From positions 23,461 to 87,460 of the forward strand of contig CBFIBS010000012.1 in the NCBI GenBank assembly GCA_965660945.1: a stretch of DNA of 64,000 nucleotides, written 5' to 3'. This DNA is from Alphaproteobacteria bacterium. Lineage in GTDB: Bacteria > Pseudomonadota > Alphaproteobacteria > UBA7985. The position numbers and the translations under genes are program-made. Positions within the stretch are counted from its first letter, which is position 1; every line of letters begins with the position of its first letter. The notes under the pieces were generated by a model. That model was not told the DNA's origin and made no database searches. It saw only the letters and a program-made list of their open reading frames with translations. Positions 28,289 to 38,822 of the stretch are shown one piece after another.

Positions 28289-29608
28289 ATGCGCTGGTCC
28301 CGCACCTTTCTGCCGACAATGAAAGACACCCCCGCCGAGGCGCAGATCGCGTCTCACCGCTACATGCTGCGCGCTGGCATGGTCCGGCAGAACGCCGCCG
28401 GGATCTACACCTGGCTGCCGCTGGGCCTCAGAGTGCTCACCAAGATCGCCGACATCGTTCGTGACGAGCAGGCGCGGGCCGGGGCCAACGAAGTGCTGAT
28501 GCCGACCATCCAGTCCGCCGACCTGTGGCAGGAAAGCGGGCGCTTCGATGCCTATGGTCCGGAAATGCTGCGCTTTGAAGACCGGCACGGGCGGACCATG
28601 CTATACGGGCCGACCAACGAGGAGATGATCACCGACATCTTCCGCCGCGAGGTGCAGTCCTACAAGAATCTGCCGCTCAACCTCTACCACATCCAGTGGA
28701 AGTTCCGGGACGAGGTCCGGCCGCGCTTCGGGGTCATGCGCGGGCGCGAGTTCCTGATGAAGGACGGCTACAGCTTCGACGTCGACGAGGCTTCGGCTGC
28801 TCTGGCCTACAAGAAGGTGTTCATCTCCTACCTGCGCACCTTCCGCCGACTGGGGCTGTCGGCGATCCCGATGCAGGCCGATACCGGCCCGATCGGCGGT
28901 GACCTCAGCCACGAATTCCTTATCCAGGCGGAAACCGGCGAGTCCGAGGTGTTCTTCGACAGCGCCATTTCTGCCGACCCGGCCTTTACCGAAGACCTCA
29001 CCGGCGATGCCGAGCTGGAGGCGGCCTTTGACCGGCTGACCTCGGCCTACGCGCGGACAGACGAAACCCATGATGCGGCCCTGTTCGACCAGCAGGTGCC
29101 AGCCGACCGGCGCGTCGTGTCGCGGGGGGTCGAAGTGGGCCACATTTTCTACTTCGGCACCAAATACTCCGACGCGCTGGGCGCGACCGTGCAGAACGCC
29201 GAGGGCAAGGATGTCGCCGTGCACATGGGCTCCTACGGTATCGGGGTCTCGCGGCTGGTTGGCGGGATCATCGAGGCAAGCCACGACGAGAACGGCATCA
29301 TCTGGCCCACGGAAATCGCCCCTTTCGGTGTTGGCATTCTCAACCTCAAGGTCGATGACGCCGACTGCACCGCAGCCTGTGATCGGCTCTACGCGCAGGC
29401 GCAGGCCGCCGGGCTCGACCCGCTGCTCGACGACCGCGACATGCGACCGGGTGGCAAGTTCGCCGACATGGAACTGATCGGCCTGCCGTGGGTGATCACT
29501 GTCGGACCGCGCGGCCTCAAGGACGGCATGGCCGAGCTGAAAAACCGCAAGACCGGGGAGAAACACGACGTCGCCATCGACGCTGTTCTCGCCAAAATTA
29601 CTGGCTAA
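28289..29608 (+). CDS. proS: Proline--tRNA ligase (short alphaproteobacterial-type ProRS)
   Basis: The class II aaRS motifs are present ([35 protein letters not shown]) and the length is 439 aa. Confidence 0.9.
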   Translation: MRWSRTFLPTMKDTPAEAQIASHRYMLRAGMVRQNAAGIYTWLPLGLRVLTKIADIVRDEQARAGANEVLMPTIQSADLWQESGRFDAYGPEMLRFEDRHGRTMLYGPTNEEMITDIFRREVQSYKNLPLNLYHIQWKFRDEVRPRFGVMRGREFLMKDGYSFDVDEASAALAYKKVFISYLRTFRRLGLSAIPMQADTGPIGGDLSHEFLIQAETGESEVFFDSAISADPAFTEDLTGDAELEAAFDRLTSAYARTDETHDAALFDQQVPADRRVVSRGVEVGHIFYFGTKYSDALGATVQNAEGKDVAVHMGSYGIGVSRLVGGIIEASHDENGIIWPTEIAPFGVGILNLKVDDADCTAACDRLYAQAQAAGLDPLLDDRDMRPGGKFADMELIGLPWVITVGPRGLKDGMAELKNRKTGEKHDVAIDAVLAKITG

Positions 29609-29658
29609 GGCGGGCCTTAACCCAAGGCTGAGCCGCCCGACATCCGACTGGAGCCAAG

Positions 29659-30984
29659 ATGGGGACCACCCTGACCATCGCCCTGCGTTACCTGACCGCC
29701 CGCCGCGAGGGTGCGGGGCTGTCGCTGGTGCCGTTGCTCTCCGGGCTGGGGATCATGATCGGTGTGGCGACGCTGGTGGTGGTGATGGCGGTGTTCGAAG
29801 GCTACCGCACGGCCGTGCTCGACCGTCTGCTGGCACAGACCGGCCACCTCGCCATCACCAAGCCTGGCTTCCGCAGTTTTGACCCCGAGCCCGCGCAGGC
29901 GGTGGTTGCGGCGCAGGCTGGCGTGGCCCGCATCCAACCCGTGCTGATCACGCAGGGGCTGGTGCTGCGCGGTGAAAAGGGTGCGGGCGTGGTGGTGCAG
30001 GCCATGGAGCTCAGCGACATGCGCGCCGACCCCGTTCTCGCCGAAGCGGCCGGGCACTTCGACGCGCTGTCCTCATCTGATGCCTCGGCGGGTGGGGCCG
30101 ACGCAGCAGGCGGGCTCTCACCCGTGGTGCTGGGCGCCGGCCTCGCTGCCGAACTGGGCCTGACCCGTGGTGACAGCCTGCGGTTGGTGCTCTCCGCCGA
30201 CAGCAGCGACCGGGCACAGGGCACCACCGCTGCACGCAGCTTCGGGCTGGTCTATGCCGGCGCTTTTTCTGCCGGACTGTTCGAGGTTGACCAGTCGGGC
30301 GCGCTGGCGCTGCTTACCGATGCGCAGGGGTGGCAGGCCCGCGCCAGAGAGAGCTACGGCAGCGGCACCAGCAACGACACGGACCAGGCCCCCGGCGAGG
30401 TCAGCGAAATCCGGCTCATGCTCAGCGACCTCAGCCAGCGCCGTCAGGTGCTGCCGCGCATCCGCTCGCGCCTGCCTGAGACGCTCCTGATCAGCGACCG
30501 GGCCAGCGACCTGTTTCGCGACTACGACTGGGTTCGGGCGCAGGGCAATGCCGCCAACCTGATCGTCATCGTCATCCTGATTGTCGCTGCTTTCGGGGTT
30601 GCCTCTGGGCAACTGATGATGGTGCAGGAGCGGCGAGCTGATATTGCCATCCTCCGCGGCTTCGGGGTGCAGCCCGGCGGGGTGCTGCGGGTGTTCCTGC
30701 TCGCGGGCCTGCTGGTGGCGGTGATCGGACTGGTGCTGGGGCTGGCGCTGGGCTGGTGGATCTCGGTCTCGCTCAACGAAATCCGGCTGGCGCTGGAGGC
30801 GGTGATCGGCCGCCCGCTGTTTAACGCCGCCTTCTACCAGATCGACGAAATCCGCGGCGATGTCCGCGCCTCGGGTCTGGTGTTCGTCTCGGCGGTGACG
30901 CTTTGCGTCTCATTCCTCGCCACGCTCTATCCGGCGTGGCGGGCCTCGCGGGTGCCGCCTGCGCTGGCGCTGAAGGAGGTCTGA
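29659..30984 (+). CDS. Lipoprotein-releasing ABC transporter permease, LolC/LolE (FtsX-like) family
   Basis: The N-terminal TM helix is followed by a periplasmic domain and three C-terminal TM helices. It resembles the LolC/E N-terminus (ALRYLTARR...). Confidence 0.75.
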   Translation: MGTTLTIALRYLTARREGAGLSLVPLLSGLGIMIGVATLVVVMAVFEGYRTAVLDRLLAQTGHLAITKPGFRSFDPEPAQAVVAAQAGVARIQPVLITQGLVLRGEKGAGVVVQAMELSDMRADPVLAEAAGHFDALSSSDASAGGADAAGGLSPVVLGAGLAAELGLTRGDSLRLVLSADSSDRAQGTTAARSFGLVYAGAFSAGLFEVDQSGALALLTDAQGWQARARESYGSGTSNDTDQAPGEVSEIRLMLSDLSQRRQVLPRIRSRLPETLLISDRASDLFRDYDWVRAQGNAANLIVIVILIVAAFGVASGQLMMVQERRADIAILRGFGVQPGGVLRVFLLAGLLVAVIGLVLGLALGWWISVSLNEIRLALEAVIGRPLFNAAFYQIDEIRGDVRASGLVFVSAVTLCVSFLATLYPAWRASRVPPALALKEV

Positions 30985-30987
30985 GCC

Positions 30988-32355
30988 GTGCTGAGATCCT
31001 TCGAGCGACAGGCCTCGCGCAAATACCTCAGCGGCCGCAACGGGCGGTTCCTGTCGCTGTCGGCGCTGTTCTCTCTGGCTGGCATCGCCATCGGTGTGGC
31101 TGCGCTGATTATCGCCAGCGCCTTCCTCAACGGTCAGCGCGACAGTCTGCTCGAGGCGATCCAGGGCCGCAGCCCCCACGTCACCCTGACGGCTGTTGAG
31201 CCAGCGCCACCCGCGCCGGTGTGCGTGCCGGAGACCGATGCACTCAACATCGCGCTGGGGATTCTGGAGACCTGTGAGACCCCACCCGCTGCGCTCAAGG
31301 GTTTCCAGCCCACCGAGGCCCGCATTGCCGCGGTTATGGACCGGCCAGAGGTGCAGGCCGCGTTTTTCGAGGTCGCCGGACAGGGCATGGTGGTCCTGCC
31401 ATCGAGCGGGGCGGTCAGCGGCACCTTCATCCGCGGGTTGGCCCCCGATGCACTCGACCAGCGTCTGACCGGGCATCCTTCTGCTTTCGCACTCTCCGGG
31501 TCGATGGATCTGGCGCGGGGCGAAGTGGCGCTGGGCTACGGCGTCGCCGCCAATCTCAATGCCGACGGCCGGGCCAGTCTGGCGCTTCTGGGCCAGACCC
31601 TCGATCTGGTATCCCCGGATGGCTCCACCACTGTCATCGGCTGGACCCCCCGGCGCCGGGATGTGCGCGTGAATATCATCTTCGGGGGCTTCGCTGAGCG
31701 CAATGAAACCTATATGGACATCGGTTCGGCGGCGACCTTCCTCGGTTTCGAGCCCGGACGCTTCAACAATCTTCAGCTGTTCCTGCGCGAGCCTGACGAT
31801 GCGGCTGCCTTCGCCAGTAGCCTTGAGCCAGAGCTCGCCAAGGATCCGGCTGAGGCGCGCCGCTTCCGGACGTCGACGTGGGAGGACCGGAACCGCGCGC
31901 TGGTCTCGACGCTGGGGATCCAGCGGGTGGTGCTGATCCTCGTGCTCGCCCTGATCGTCGTGGTCGCGGCCTTCAACATCCTCGCCAGCCAGATCATGCT
32001 GGTGCGGGAGAAGCGGCGCGGCATCGCGCTCCTGCGCACGCTGGGGGCGGGGCAGGGCTCGGTCGCCCGAGTGTTCATCGGCATGGGTCTGTTCCTCGCC
32101 GGCGCAGGCTGCCTGCTGGGGCTGGGGATCGGGCTGGGGGTCGTGCTCAATTTTGACGCCATCGTCGCCTTTTTCGCCACCATTCCCGCCATGGCTGGAG
32201 CTGCGGCCTTCCTCGGGTCGGTACAGGTCAGCCTCAGCCTCGGCGACAGCCTGCTCGCCGTGGGTCTGGCGCTGGTGATCACCGTGCTCGCCACGCTTTA
32301 TCCGGCCTGGCAGGCCGCCCGAACCGAACCCGCAGAGGTCCTTCGCTATGTCTGA
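30988..32355 (+). CDS. Second LolC/LolE-family (FtsX-like) permease
   Basis: The architecture matches the upstream gene. The start codon is GTG, and the 3' end overlaps lolD by 8 nt. Confidence 0.75.
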   Translation: MLRSFERQASRKYLSGRNGRFLSLSALFSLAGIAIGVAALIIASAFLNGQRDSLLEAIQGRSPHVTLTAVEPAPPAPVCVPETDALNIALGILETCETPPAALKGFQPTEARIAAVMDRPEVQAAFFEVAGQGMVVLPSSGAVSGTFIRGLAPDALDQRLTGHPSAFALSGSMDLARGEVALGYGVAANLNADGRASLALLGQTLDLVSPDGSTTVIGWTPRRRDVRVNIIFGGFAERNETYMDIGSAATFLGFEPGRFNNLQLFLREPDDAAAFASSLEPELAKDPAEARRFRTSTWEDRNRALVSTLGIQRVVLILVLALIVVVAAFNILASQIMLVREKRRGIALLRTLGAGQGSVARVFIGMGLFLAGAGCLLGLGIGLGVVLNFDAIVAFFATIPAMAGAAAFLGSVQVSLSLGDSLLAVGLALVITVLATLYPAWQAARTEPAEVLRYV

Positions 32356-33097
32356 TCCCCGCCAAACCGCCAGAGCGGCCACAGCCTACGGCCCCGCGTC
32401 CGGCGATGCCGCACCGTCTGCCGCCCGGCCCAATCTGGTGCTCAGCGATATTCGCCGTGCCTTCCCCCAGCCTGACGGCGCGCTGGAGGTGCTGCGGGGC
32501 TGTGACGCCACTGTTTTGCCCGGTGAGCTGGTGGCCATGGTTGGCACCTCGGGCAGTGGCAAATCCACCCTGCTGCAGATTTGCGGCCTTCTGGACAATC
32601 CCACCAGCGGCACGCTGCAGATCGCGGGGCAGGCGGTGGAAAGCCTCGGCGACCGCGCCCGGACCCGGCTGCGGCGCGGGACTGTCGGGTTTATATACCA
32701 GTTCCATCACCTGCTCCCTGAATTCACCGCGCTGGAAAACGTCATCCTGCCCCAGTCGGTCGCCGGCGTGCCAGCGGGCGAGGCGCGGGAGCGTGCCAAA
32801 ATGCTGCTCGAACGCGTGGGTCTGGGGCACCGGCTCGGCCATCGGCCGGGCAAGCTCTCCGGCGGGGAGAAGCAGCGGGTTGCCGTTGCCCGCGCCATCG
32901 CCAACCGTCCCGCCCTGCTGCTGGCCGACGAGCCAACCGGCAATCTCGACCCCGACACGGCGGAGCAGGTCTTCACCCTGTTCGTTGAACTGACACGCGA
33001 AGAGGGGCTGTCGGTGCTCATGGCCACCCACAACGAAGCGCTGGCCGCCCGCATGGATCGGGTGCTGCGGCTCGATGGCGGACAGCTGATCGGTTAA
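32348..33097 (+). CDS. lolD: Lipoprotein-releasing ABC transporter ATP-binding protein
   Basis: Walker A (GTSGSGKST), the signature ([14 protein letters not shown]) and Walker B ([12 protein letters not shown]) are all present. Confidence 0.85.
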   Translation: MSDPRQTARAATAYGPASGDAAPSAARPNLVLSDIRRAFPQPDGALEVLRGCDATVLPGELVAMVGTSGSGKSTLLQICGLLDNPTSGTLQIAGQAVESLGDRARTRLRRGTVGFIYQFHHLLPEFTALENVILPQSVAGVPAGEARERAKMLLERVGLGHRLGHRPGKLSGGEKQRVAVARAIANRPALLLADEPTGNLDPDTAEQVFTLFVELTREEGLSVLMATHNEALAARMDRVLRLDGGQLIG

Positions 33098-33113
33098 TTC
33101 GGCGGCGGCGGCT

Positions 33114-33749
33114 TCAGTCGTCCAGCGTCGCGGCGCCGTAGTAGTGCCAGAGGAACATCGCCATCGGTCCACGGTGCGGCGCCCAGCGGGCGGTCAGCTC
33201 GCGCAGCACCTTGGGGGTAGGCTTGTCATCAAGGCCGAACAGCATCTGGTAGCCTTTCTGCACCGCCAAATCATCCGCCGGGAACATGTCGGAGCGGCCC
33301 TCGGCGAACAAGAGATAGATTTCCGCGCTCCAGGTGCCGAAGCCCTTGAGCGCGGTGATGTGCGCCAGCGCCTCGGCGTCTTCCATGCCGGGTAGTTCTT
33401 CGGGCCGGAAACTGCCCTCGACCAGCGCATTGGCCAGCCCGTGGATATAGCGCGTCTTCTGCCCTGACAGGCCGAGCTTGCGCCAGCCTTCGGGCTCGAG
33501 GTCGAGCAGGCGCATGGGGGCAAAGTCACCCTCGAAGTGGGCTTCAACCCGCGCCCAGATCGACGCAGCCGCCTTGACCGACAGCTGCTGTCCGCAGATC
33601 ACACGCAAGAAGGTGCCGATACCCTGGGTTTGCGCACGGGTCTCCGGCAGGCCTACGCGCTCGATCGCAGCGGCTGTCGTGGGGCAGGTCTCGGCTACCC
33701 GACGGATCATGCCCTGAACCTCGTCGGTGGTCATTGGCTGTCTTTTCAT
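33114..33749 (-). CDS. DNA-3-methyladenine glycosylase II-like (HhH-GPD superfamily, AlkA-like)
   Basis: A helix-hairpin-helix region (LTALKGFGTWSAEIYLL) with a following catalytic Asp context is present. The start was chosen at MKRQPM. Confidence 0.65.
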   Translation of the reverse strand: MKRQPMTTDEVQGMIRRVAETCPTTAAAIERVGLPETRAQTQGIGTFLRVICGQQLSVKAAASIWARVEAHFEGDFAPMRLLDLEPEGWRKLGLSGQKTRYIHGLANALVEGSFRPEELPGMEDAEALAHITALKGFGTWSAEIYLLFAEGRSDMFPADDLAVQKGYQMLFGLDDKPTPKVLRELTARWAPHRGPMAMFLWHYYGAATLDD

Positions 33750-33783
33750 CAGGCGTTCTCTCTTCGCAGTCCTGTGTGCCGGG

Positions 33784-35217
33784 TTAGTCACAGGACTTCC
33801 AGGGACCGAGGTCAAAGTGGAAATGATCCTGATGCGCGGCGTCTGAGTTGGGGTTGAGCACCAGCTGAAAGTAGTCACAGGCGCCCTCGTTGATCCTGGC
33901 AAACCAGTCTGCGGTTAAATCGCCCATGGCCGTGCCGTTGGGCCGCCAGCCCCCCTCGATGTTCACCCGGCGTCCATCCTCGAAGTGAAAGGTGCCGATG
34001 TCGATGGCGTTGGCAAAACCGTGTTCGGAGATATAGCCCCCCGAGCGCATCCGGCAGGAATAGCCGTTGACGTTGGAGAGGCCAACCACACGGGTGCCAA
34101 AGGTCTCCAGCGCCTCGGTCTGGACCACATTGCGCAGCCACAGTGCCGTCGCCTCTGCCACGGGGCAGGCCACCACCACGCGTCCAGACAGCGCGACGCC
34201 CCCGCCAAAGCCTTCGACCGCGACCGCGCCTTGGTTCTGGCAGCCGCTTTCCTCCACGAAATCTGGCGAGGACTGGAACAGGGCGCCGAGGCGCTCCAGA
34301 CGCAGTGGGCATTGTGGGTCCAGTGGTGGACGGGCCTGACCGGTGCTGGTCGTCGATGAAGCCGAGCGAATGCTTGGCGCGGCGTCGGCTTGCATCTCGG
34401 CGTCAGTGCTTGGCGGCGTAACTGTCGCTTCGCTGACGGTGGTGACAAAGGCTTCGGTCCCGTCATCGGCGGCAACCGGTATATCGCTAACGGCTTGTGC
34501 AGCAGGGACAGTGTCGGGTCGATCCATGGGAACAGGGATCCACTCGTCTTCGCGGAAGGTCAGCGCGCTGGTGTCGGTCTCTTCGGTGTCGGTGCCGACG
34601 TCGCTATTGCTATTGCTGGCGATGGTAGCGCCGAAAGTGGCAGCATCGCTGTTGCTGGTTTCCAGCCTTGTCAGACCACTGGAGCCGCGCACGGACGCCA
34701 TCCCGTCGTCGGCCGGCGCCGGGACGTCCCCCTGCCCGGCGACCGACAGGATCAGCTCGGCAACGGCCGGGTCGGCATAGGCGACCTCTTCACCCGAGGT
34801 GGAGTCATCTGCCCTATCAGCTGCCGTTTGTTCAGTCGCCGGCAGGTCGCTGTTCCCAACATCAAGGTAAGCCGGCGCTGCAGGTCGCGGTCGGGGTAAA
34901 GTCGGGGCGGTTGCGGTGCTGGTCGCCTCAGCCGGGGCTGGAGATAGGTCCGGTTGGATTTCTTCGCCAGATGCTGAACTGGCCGCAGCGTCGATTTGGC
35001 CATAGGGTATTGCAGCTTCCAGGTCCGCTTCGTCCAGCACAACGGTGTCGTTCCCCTGAAAGATGCTATCCAGCAGGCCGTCTAGCCCTAGGTCGTCTTG
35101 AAAGGTTGTGCCGGACTGAGCCTGGGCGGCCTGCATCCAGCCAGCGGAGGCCGTTGCGCAGACTGTCAAAACCAGCGCTGCGCTGCACCGGGTCAGGGCA
35201 GCGGTCCAGCGGCCCAT
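33784..35217 (-). CDS. Extensin-like C-terminal domain protein with a long acidic, Ser/Thr/Ala/Pro-rich N-terminal region
   Basis: The C-terminal roughly 200 aa carry the conserved Cys pattern of the extensin-like domain (CPLRLERLG...VVACPVAEA...YSCRMRSGGYISEHGFANAIDIG...DHFHFD). A signal peptide is present. Confidence 0.65.
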   Translation of the reverse strand: MGRWTAALTRCSAALVLTVCATASAGWMQAAQAQSGTTFQDDLGLDGLLDSIFQGNDTVVLDEADLEAAIPYGQIDAAASSASGEEIQPDLSPAPAEATSTATAPTLPRPRPAAPAYLDVGNSDLPATEQTAADRADDSTSGEEVAYADPAVAELILSVAGQGDVPAPADDGMASVRGSSGLTRLETSNSDAATFGATIASNSNSDVGTDTEETDTSALTFREDEWIPVPMDRPDTVPAAQAVSDIPVAADDGTEAFVTTVSEATVTPPSTDAEMQADAAPSIRSASSTTSTGQARPPLDPQCPLRLERLGALFQSSPDFVEESGCQNQGAVAVEGFGGGVALSGRVVVACPVAEATALWLRNVVQTEALETFGTRVVGLSNVNGYSCRMRSGGYISEHGFANAIDIGTFHFEDGRRVNIEGGWRPNGTAMGDLTADWFARINEGACDYFQLVLNPNSDAAHQDHFHFDLGPWKSCD

Positions 35218-35802
35218 GGGAGACTCACTCACCGCTGCGGATCCTCATATCCTGAATACGCTGGAAAAACCCAGACTGCTCGCCAGCAGACCGGTCGATC
35301 AGCAGTGACGACACCAGCAGAAGCGCGATCGACAGCACCAAAACACCCAACAGCCTCATGAGCCAACCAATCCTCCTGCGTCTCGCCGATGGAATTTGAT
35401 AGCAAACATATTGGTGCCATTCGAGGGCTGGATTGTGACCAATTTAGCCTGTCAGTCAGAGGCGCCGGCACGTGGTCCAGTGCAAAAGCCGGGGCTTTTC
35501 CTGAAATTGCCGATCCGATCAGTCGAAATTCACTGGGATGAGGTCAGGGCTCGAAACAACCCACAACCAGCTGGGGAAAACCACCCCAGAAACCCACAGA
35601 CTTTTTCGCGTCAGGCGCTGCGCGAGGCTTCGCGTAATGCTACGCCATGCGATCAAACAAGAAGTCAGTGGGTAATACCACGTAAAAATGTTATACGACT
35701 TTCAATGAGGAGAAACACAAAAGATTCGCCCCACTTTTGGTGGCAAATGACGGATCAGTCTGTGTTCACAAAGCATTGTAAAGTTCGCAAGGGGAACACT
35801 GG

Positions 35803-37566
35803 ATGACACATCCAGCGGTTTCGCGGTTAAAAGCGGTCATGAAGGCCGCCGCTCGGGTCAATCAAACGACCGGTGCCGCGGAAGGAGATGGGGAACAGGC
35901 TCAGGTGGCGGACGCTGCCCGTGACCGCTTGGGCATATTCGGCCTGCGCGACCGGCTCCTTGTTGACCAGCACAGCGGAGGTCGTCCGGTCCTGATCCGG
36001 GCATGGCAGCAGGCTGCGGCCGTCGGTGGCGTCGCGGTGTTGGCGCTGGCAAGCGTCCTCGCGCTCGGCCTGGGCCTCTATGCGGCCACGCGGGCCGATG
36101 TTCGCGCACTGGAAGCCCGCGAAAGGGCGCTGGTGACCGCACTCGAGTTGGCGAGCGGCCACGTGCTCGACCGCCAGATCGAGCTGCTGGATGCCACAAC
36201 GGCCCGGTCTGGGTTCATCTTCGTTGATAATGCCAACGTCAGCATCGAAGCACTGATGGCGGACAATGAGCGTCTGCTCTCGACCCTCGAAGCAGCGCTG
36301 GAGCCTGTCGACAGCGCACGTGCAGCCGGGGCGCTGGCGGCAAAATCAGCGGGTGCGGCCCCCGATGGTGCAGCCAATGATACCCAGTTACAGCGGCTCG
36401 AGTACGAGCTCGCGCTCAGCCAGACGCAGCAGGACATGCTGGCCGCCGAATTGAACCTCGAGCGTCAGACCATCGAAACGCTGTCCGATGCCCTCGCGTC
36501 GGTTCGGGTCGATGTCAGCGTGCTGGAGCGTGAGTCGCTCCGCCTGGCGCAGACGGTGGACCGCCGCGATGAGCTGATCGCCGTGCTCAAGCGTGACCTC
36601 GCAACGGTCCAGTCTGACCGCGCGGAGGGGCAGGATGCGCGGCGGAGCACCATTGACCTGCTCAATACCCAGAACGACGAGCTGATTTCGGAGCTTCGCC
36701 TGCTGCGGAGCCAGCTCAGTGGCAATGCAGAAACGCTCCGTTCGCTGCAGGAACAACTGGTCCGCAGCGAGAGCGAAAAAGACCGGCTGGCGGGACTGGT
36801 CGAGCGGCGGGATGCGCAGATCACCATCCTGACCGACACCCAATCCGGGATCCTCGAGCAGTTGGAAGCGCAGGTTGAGCAGCAGATGGCCGCGCTGCGG
36901 TCGGCAATTGATATGACCGGCGTGGACCACGATACTTCCCTGCAGCTCGATGCCTTGCTTGAAAGCGTGCAGGATCCGTTCTGGAACGGCATGGGTGGCG
37001 CCAACGATGGCATAAGCGTGTCTGCGGAAGCTGGCCTTGAAGAGATTTACGGTGACGATTCTGCCGCAGCACTGGTGTCAGATGTCCTCGGCCGTGTCGA
37101 TGCGCTTGCGCGCCGCCACGCGGAGTTGGCCCTGCGGCGCGATCACTTCGACGCCTTGCCGACCAGTCCCCCGGTTGAAGGACTGCGGCTGTCGTCCGGC
37201 TTTGGCATGCGCAAGCACCCTGTAACCGGCAAAAATCGCATGCACAAAGGCCTCGACTTCGCTGGCCCCAGCGGCACGCCCGTCATGGCCGCTGCCGCCG
37301 GTCGTGTTGTCTATGCAGCCCGCAAAGGGTCCTACGGCAACCTGATCGAGCTCGATCATGGCAATGGTGTGACCACGCGCTACGCCCATCTTCGCGATAT
37401 CGAAGTCCGTGAGGGCGATACTGTCGATATGGGTGAAATCATCGGAACCGTTGGATCGACCGGCGCTTCCACTGGGCCGCACCTGCACTGGGAAGTGCGG
37501 GTGTTCGAGCGGGCCAAGAACCCGCAATTATTCCTCGACGCTGGGCGTGCAGTCCGCAACTATTGA
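35803..37566 (+). CDS. M23-family (LytM) metallopeptidase with a long coiled-coil N-terminal region (EnvC-like)
   Basis: The C-terminal LytM motifs are HKGLDFAGPSGTPV and GPHLHWEV. About 400 aa of heptad-like Leu, Glu and Arg-rich sequence lie in the middle. Confidence 0.8.
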   Translation: MTHPAVSRLKAVMKAAARVNQTTGAAEGDGEQAQVADAARDRLGIFGLRDRLLVDQHSGGRPVLIRAWQQAAAVGGVAVLALASVLALGLGLYAATRADVRALEARERALVTALELASGHVLDRQIELLDATTARSGFIFVDNANVSIEALMADNERLLSTLEAALEPVDSARAAGALAAKSAGAAPDGAANDTQLQRLEYELALSQTQQDMLAAELNLERQTIETLSDALASVRVDVSVLERESLRLAQTVDRRDELIAVLKRDLATVQSDRAEGQDARRSTIDLLNTQNDELISELRLLRSQLSGNAETLRSLQEQLVRSESEKDRLAGLVERRDAQITILTDTQSGILEQLEAQVEQQMAALRSAIDMTGVDHDTSLQLDALLESVQDPFWNGMGGANDGISVSAEAGLEEIYGDDSAAALVSDVLGRVDALARRHAELALRRDHFDALPTSPPVEGLRLSSGFGMRKHPVTGKNRMHKGLDFAGPSGTPVMAAAAGRVVYAARKGSYGNLIELDHGNGVTTRYAHLRDIEVREGDTVDMGEIIGTVGSTGASTGPHLHWEVRVFERAKNPQLFLDAGRAVRNY

Positions 37567-37853
37567 TTAAATATGCTCACAATAATTGCGGCAAACTGAT
37601 GCTGAACCCCAAAAGAGAATTTTTCTCGATCTGAGGTTTTTTTCTTGCGTATGCAGCTATAAGATGCCGCTGACACGAGCGATGACGCGCTGTTTACTGC
37701 GTTGAAAAATGCGCTGCCATGCAGTTAGAAACAATTTTTTCTTTCTCCATGCGGCCTGCGATTGACAAAATCTTTTCCCTTGAGTTGTAAAAGAATAATG
37801 GCCCAATTGGGGCTGATACGACGTTGTTTTTTGGTGGCTGGTGCTCGTGATGA

Positions 37854-38822
37854 GTGCTTGAGCAAGCGTGCGTGCCGCCGTTGGGAGCTAGCAGATATTT
37901 GGTCACGACCCTTCCCATTAGCTCTCGAGAATGGGATCTTTACCGGACTTTTCTGTCCGTGGGATCGCTAGCGAATGTCGACCTGATCACGGCCGATCTG
38001 AGTATTTCAATCCCGACCCTTCGCCGACGTATAGCCCGACTTGAAGACCTCCATGGTTTCAAGCTTTGCCGGAACGCCGGGAGTCGATTTTCTCTAACCG
38101 CTGATGGTCAGGCGCTGCTGAGCTCGCTGCGGTCTGCCGATGACATCCTAGCCAACCTCAATCGACTGGATGTCCAATCCGGTGAGGCATCGCTGGAGAT
38201 ATTGCAGATTCGCTCAACCCAGAGGCTGATTGAGGATTTTTGGCTGCCGCTGGTTCAGTTTCGTCCCGCGATGTTTGAAAACGTCCACCTCAGGTTTTCG
38301 ACCCTCAACGGGTTTGAGGACGACCTGCAAAGCGACATGGTCGTTTCCGTGGCGCCGCAATTGCGAATTTCAGCCGGCGACAAAGTCGAGACGGTGGGGA
38401 CGGTGGAGTCCTGCTTCGGGGGCTATCAGAGTTATGTCCAGACCTATGGTATTCCAGGGCTGGAGGACCTCAAGGAGCACGTGTTTATCCGCTCTGATTG
38501 CTTTCGGAGCGACCCGGAGTTCTGGGATGAAGTTATTGAAATTGAACGACGCTGCTCGAGGAGCATTCGGGTGCCGCACTATCCGATGGCCCAGCGAATG
38601 GCCCGGGCTGGTTTGGGCTTCACGGTGTGTACTAGTTTCGGGCAGGCCTTTGACAACGACGTTCAAATTTTCTCGCATCTGGGACGCAGGCAGACGCCCA
38701 TTTTCGCCGTCTTTCATGGATCGAACTGGCGCGGACAACGTGGGTTTCAGCTGAGGGAAGATGTGCTGAAGGTCATGAAGAACTCGTTCCGCGGTATTTC
38801 TGACCATGGGGCGCGGCGTTAA
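37854..38822 (+). CDS. LysR-family-like transcriptional regulator (divergent)
   Basis: The N-terminal HTH is LysR-like (WDLYRTFLSVGSLANVDLITADLSISIPTLRRRIARLEDLHGFKLC). The true start is uncertain (ATG at 37854, or GTG/TTG slightly downstream). Confidence 0.5.
   Translation: MLEQACVPPLGASRYLVTTLPISSREWDLYRTFLSVGSLANVDLITADLSISIPTLRRRIARLEDLHGFKLCRNAGSRFSLTADGQALLSSLRSADDILANLNRLDVQSGEASLEILQIRSTQRLIEDFWLPLVQFRPAMFENVHLRFSTLNGFEDDLQSDMVVSVAPQLRISAGDKVETVGTVESCFGGYQSYVQTYGIPGLEDLKEHVFIRSDCFRSDPEFWDEVIEIERRCSRSIRVPHYPMAQRMARAGLGFTVCTSFGQAFDNDVQIFSHLGRRQTPIFAVFHGSNWRGQRGFQLREDVLKVMKNSFRGISDHGARR

Noticed and set aside
35225-35358. Apparent small membrane-peptide ORF on the minus strand just upstream of the extensin-like gene
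   Set aside because: Careful reverse-complement translation gives MRLLGVWCCRSRFCWCRHC followed by a stop, not the longer hydrophobic peptide I first read. It is too short and not credible.
35396-35806. 136-aa + strand ORF in the lower-GC intergenic region upstream of the M23 peptidase gene
   Set aside because: It has no recognisable domain and an odd composition. The region is more likely a long promoter/5' UTR, though small-protein coding cannot be excluded.
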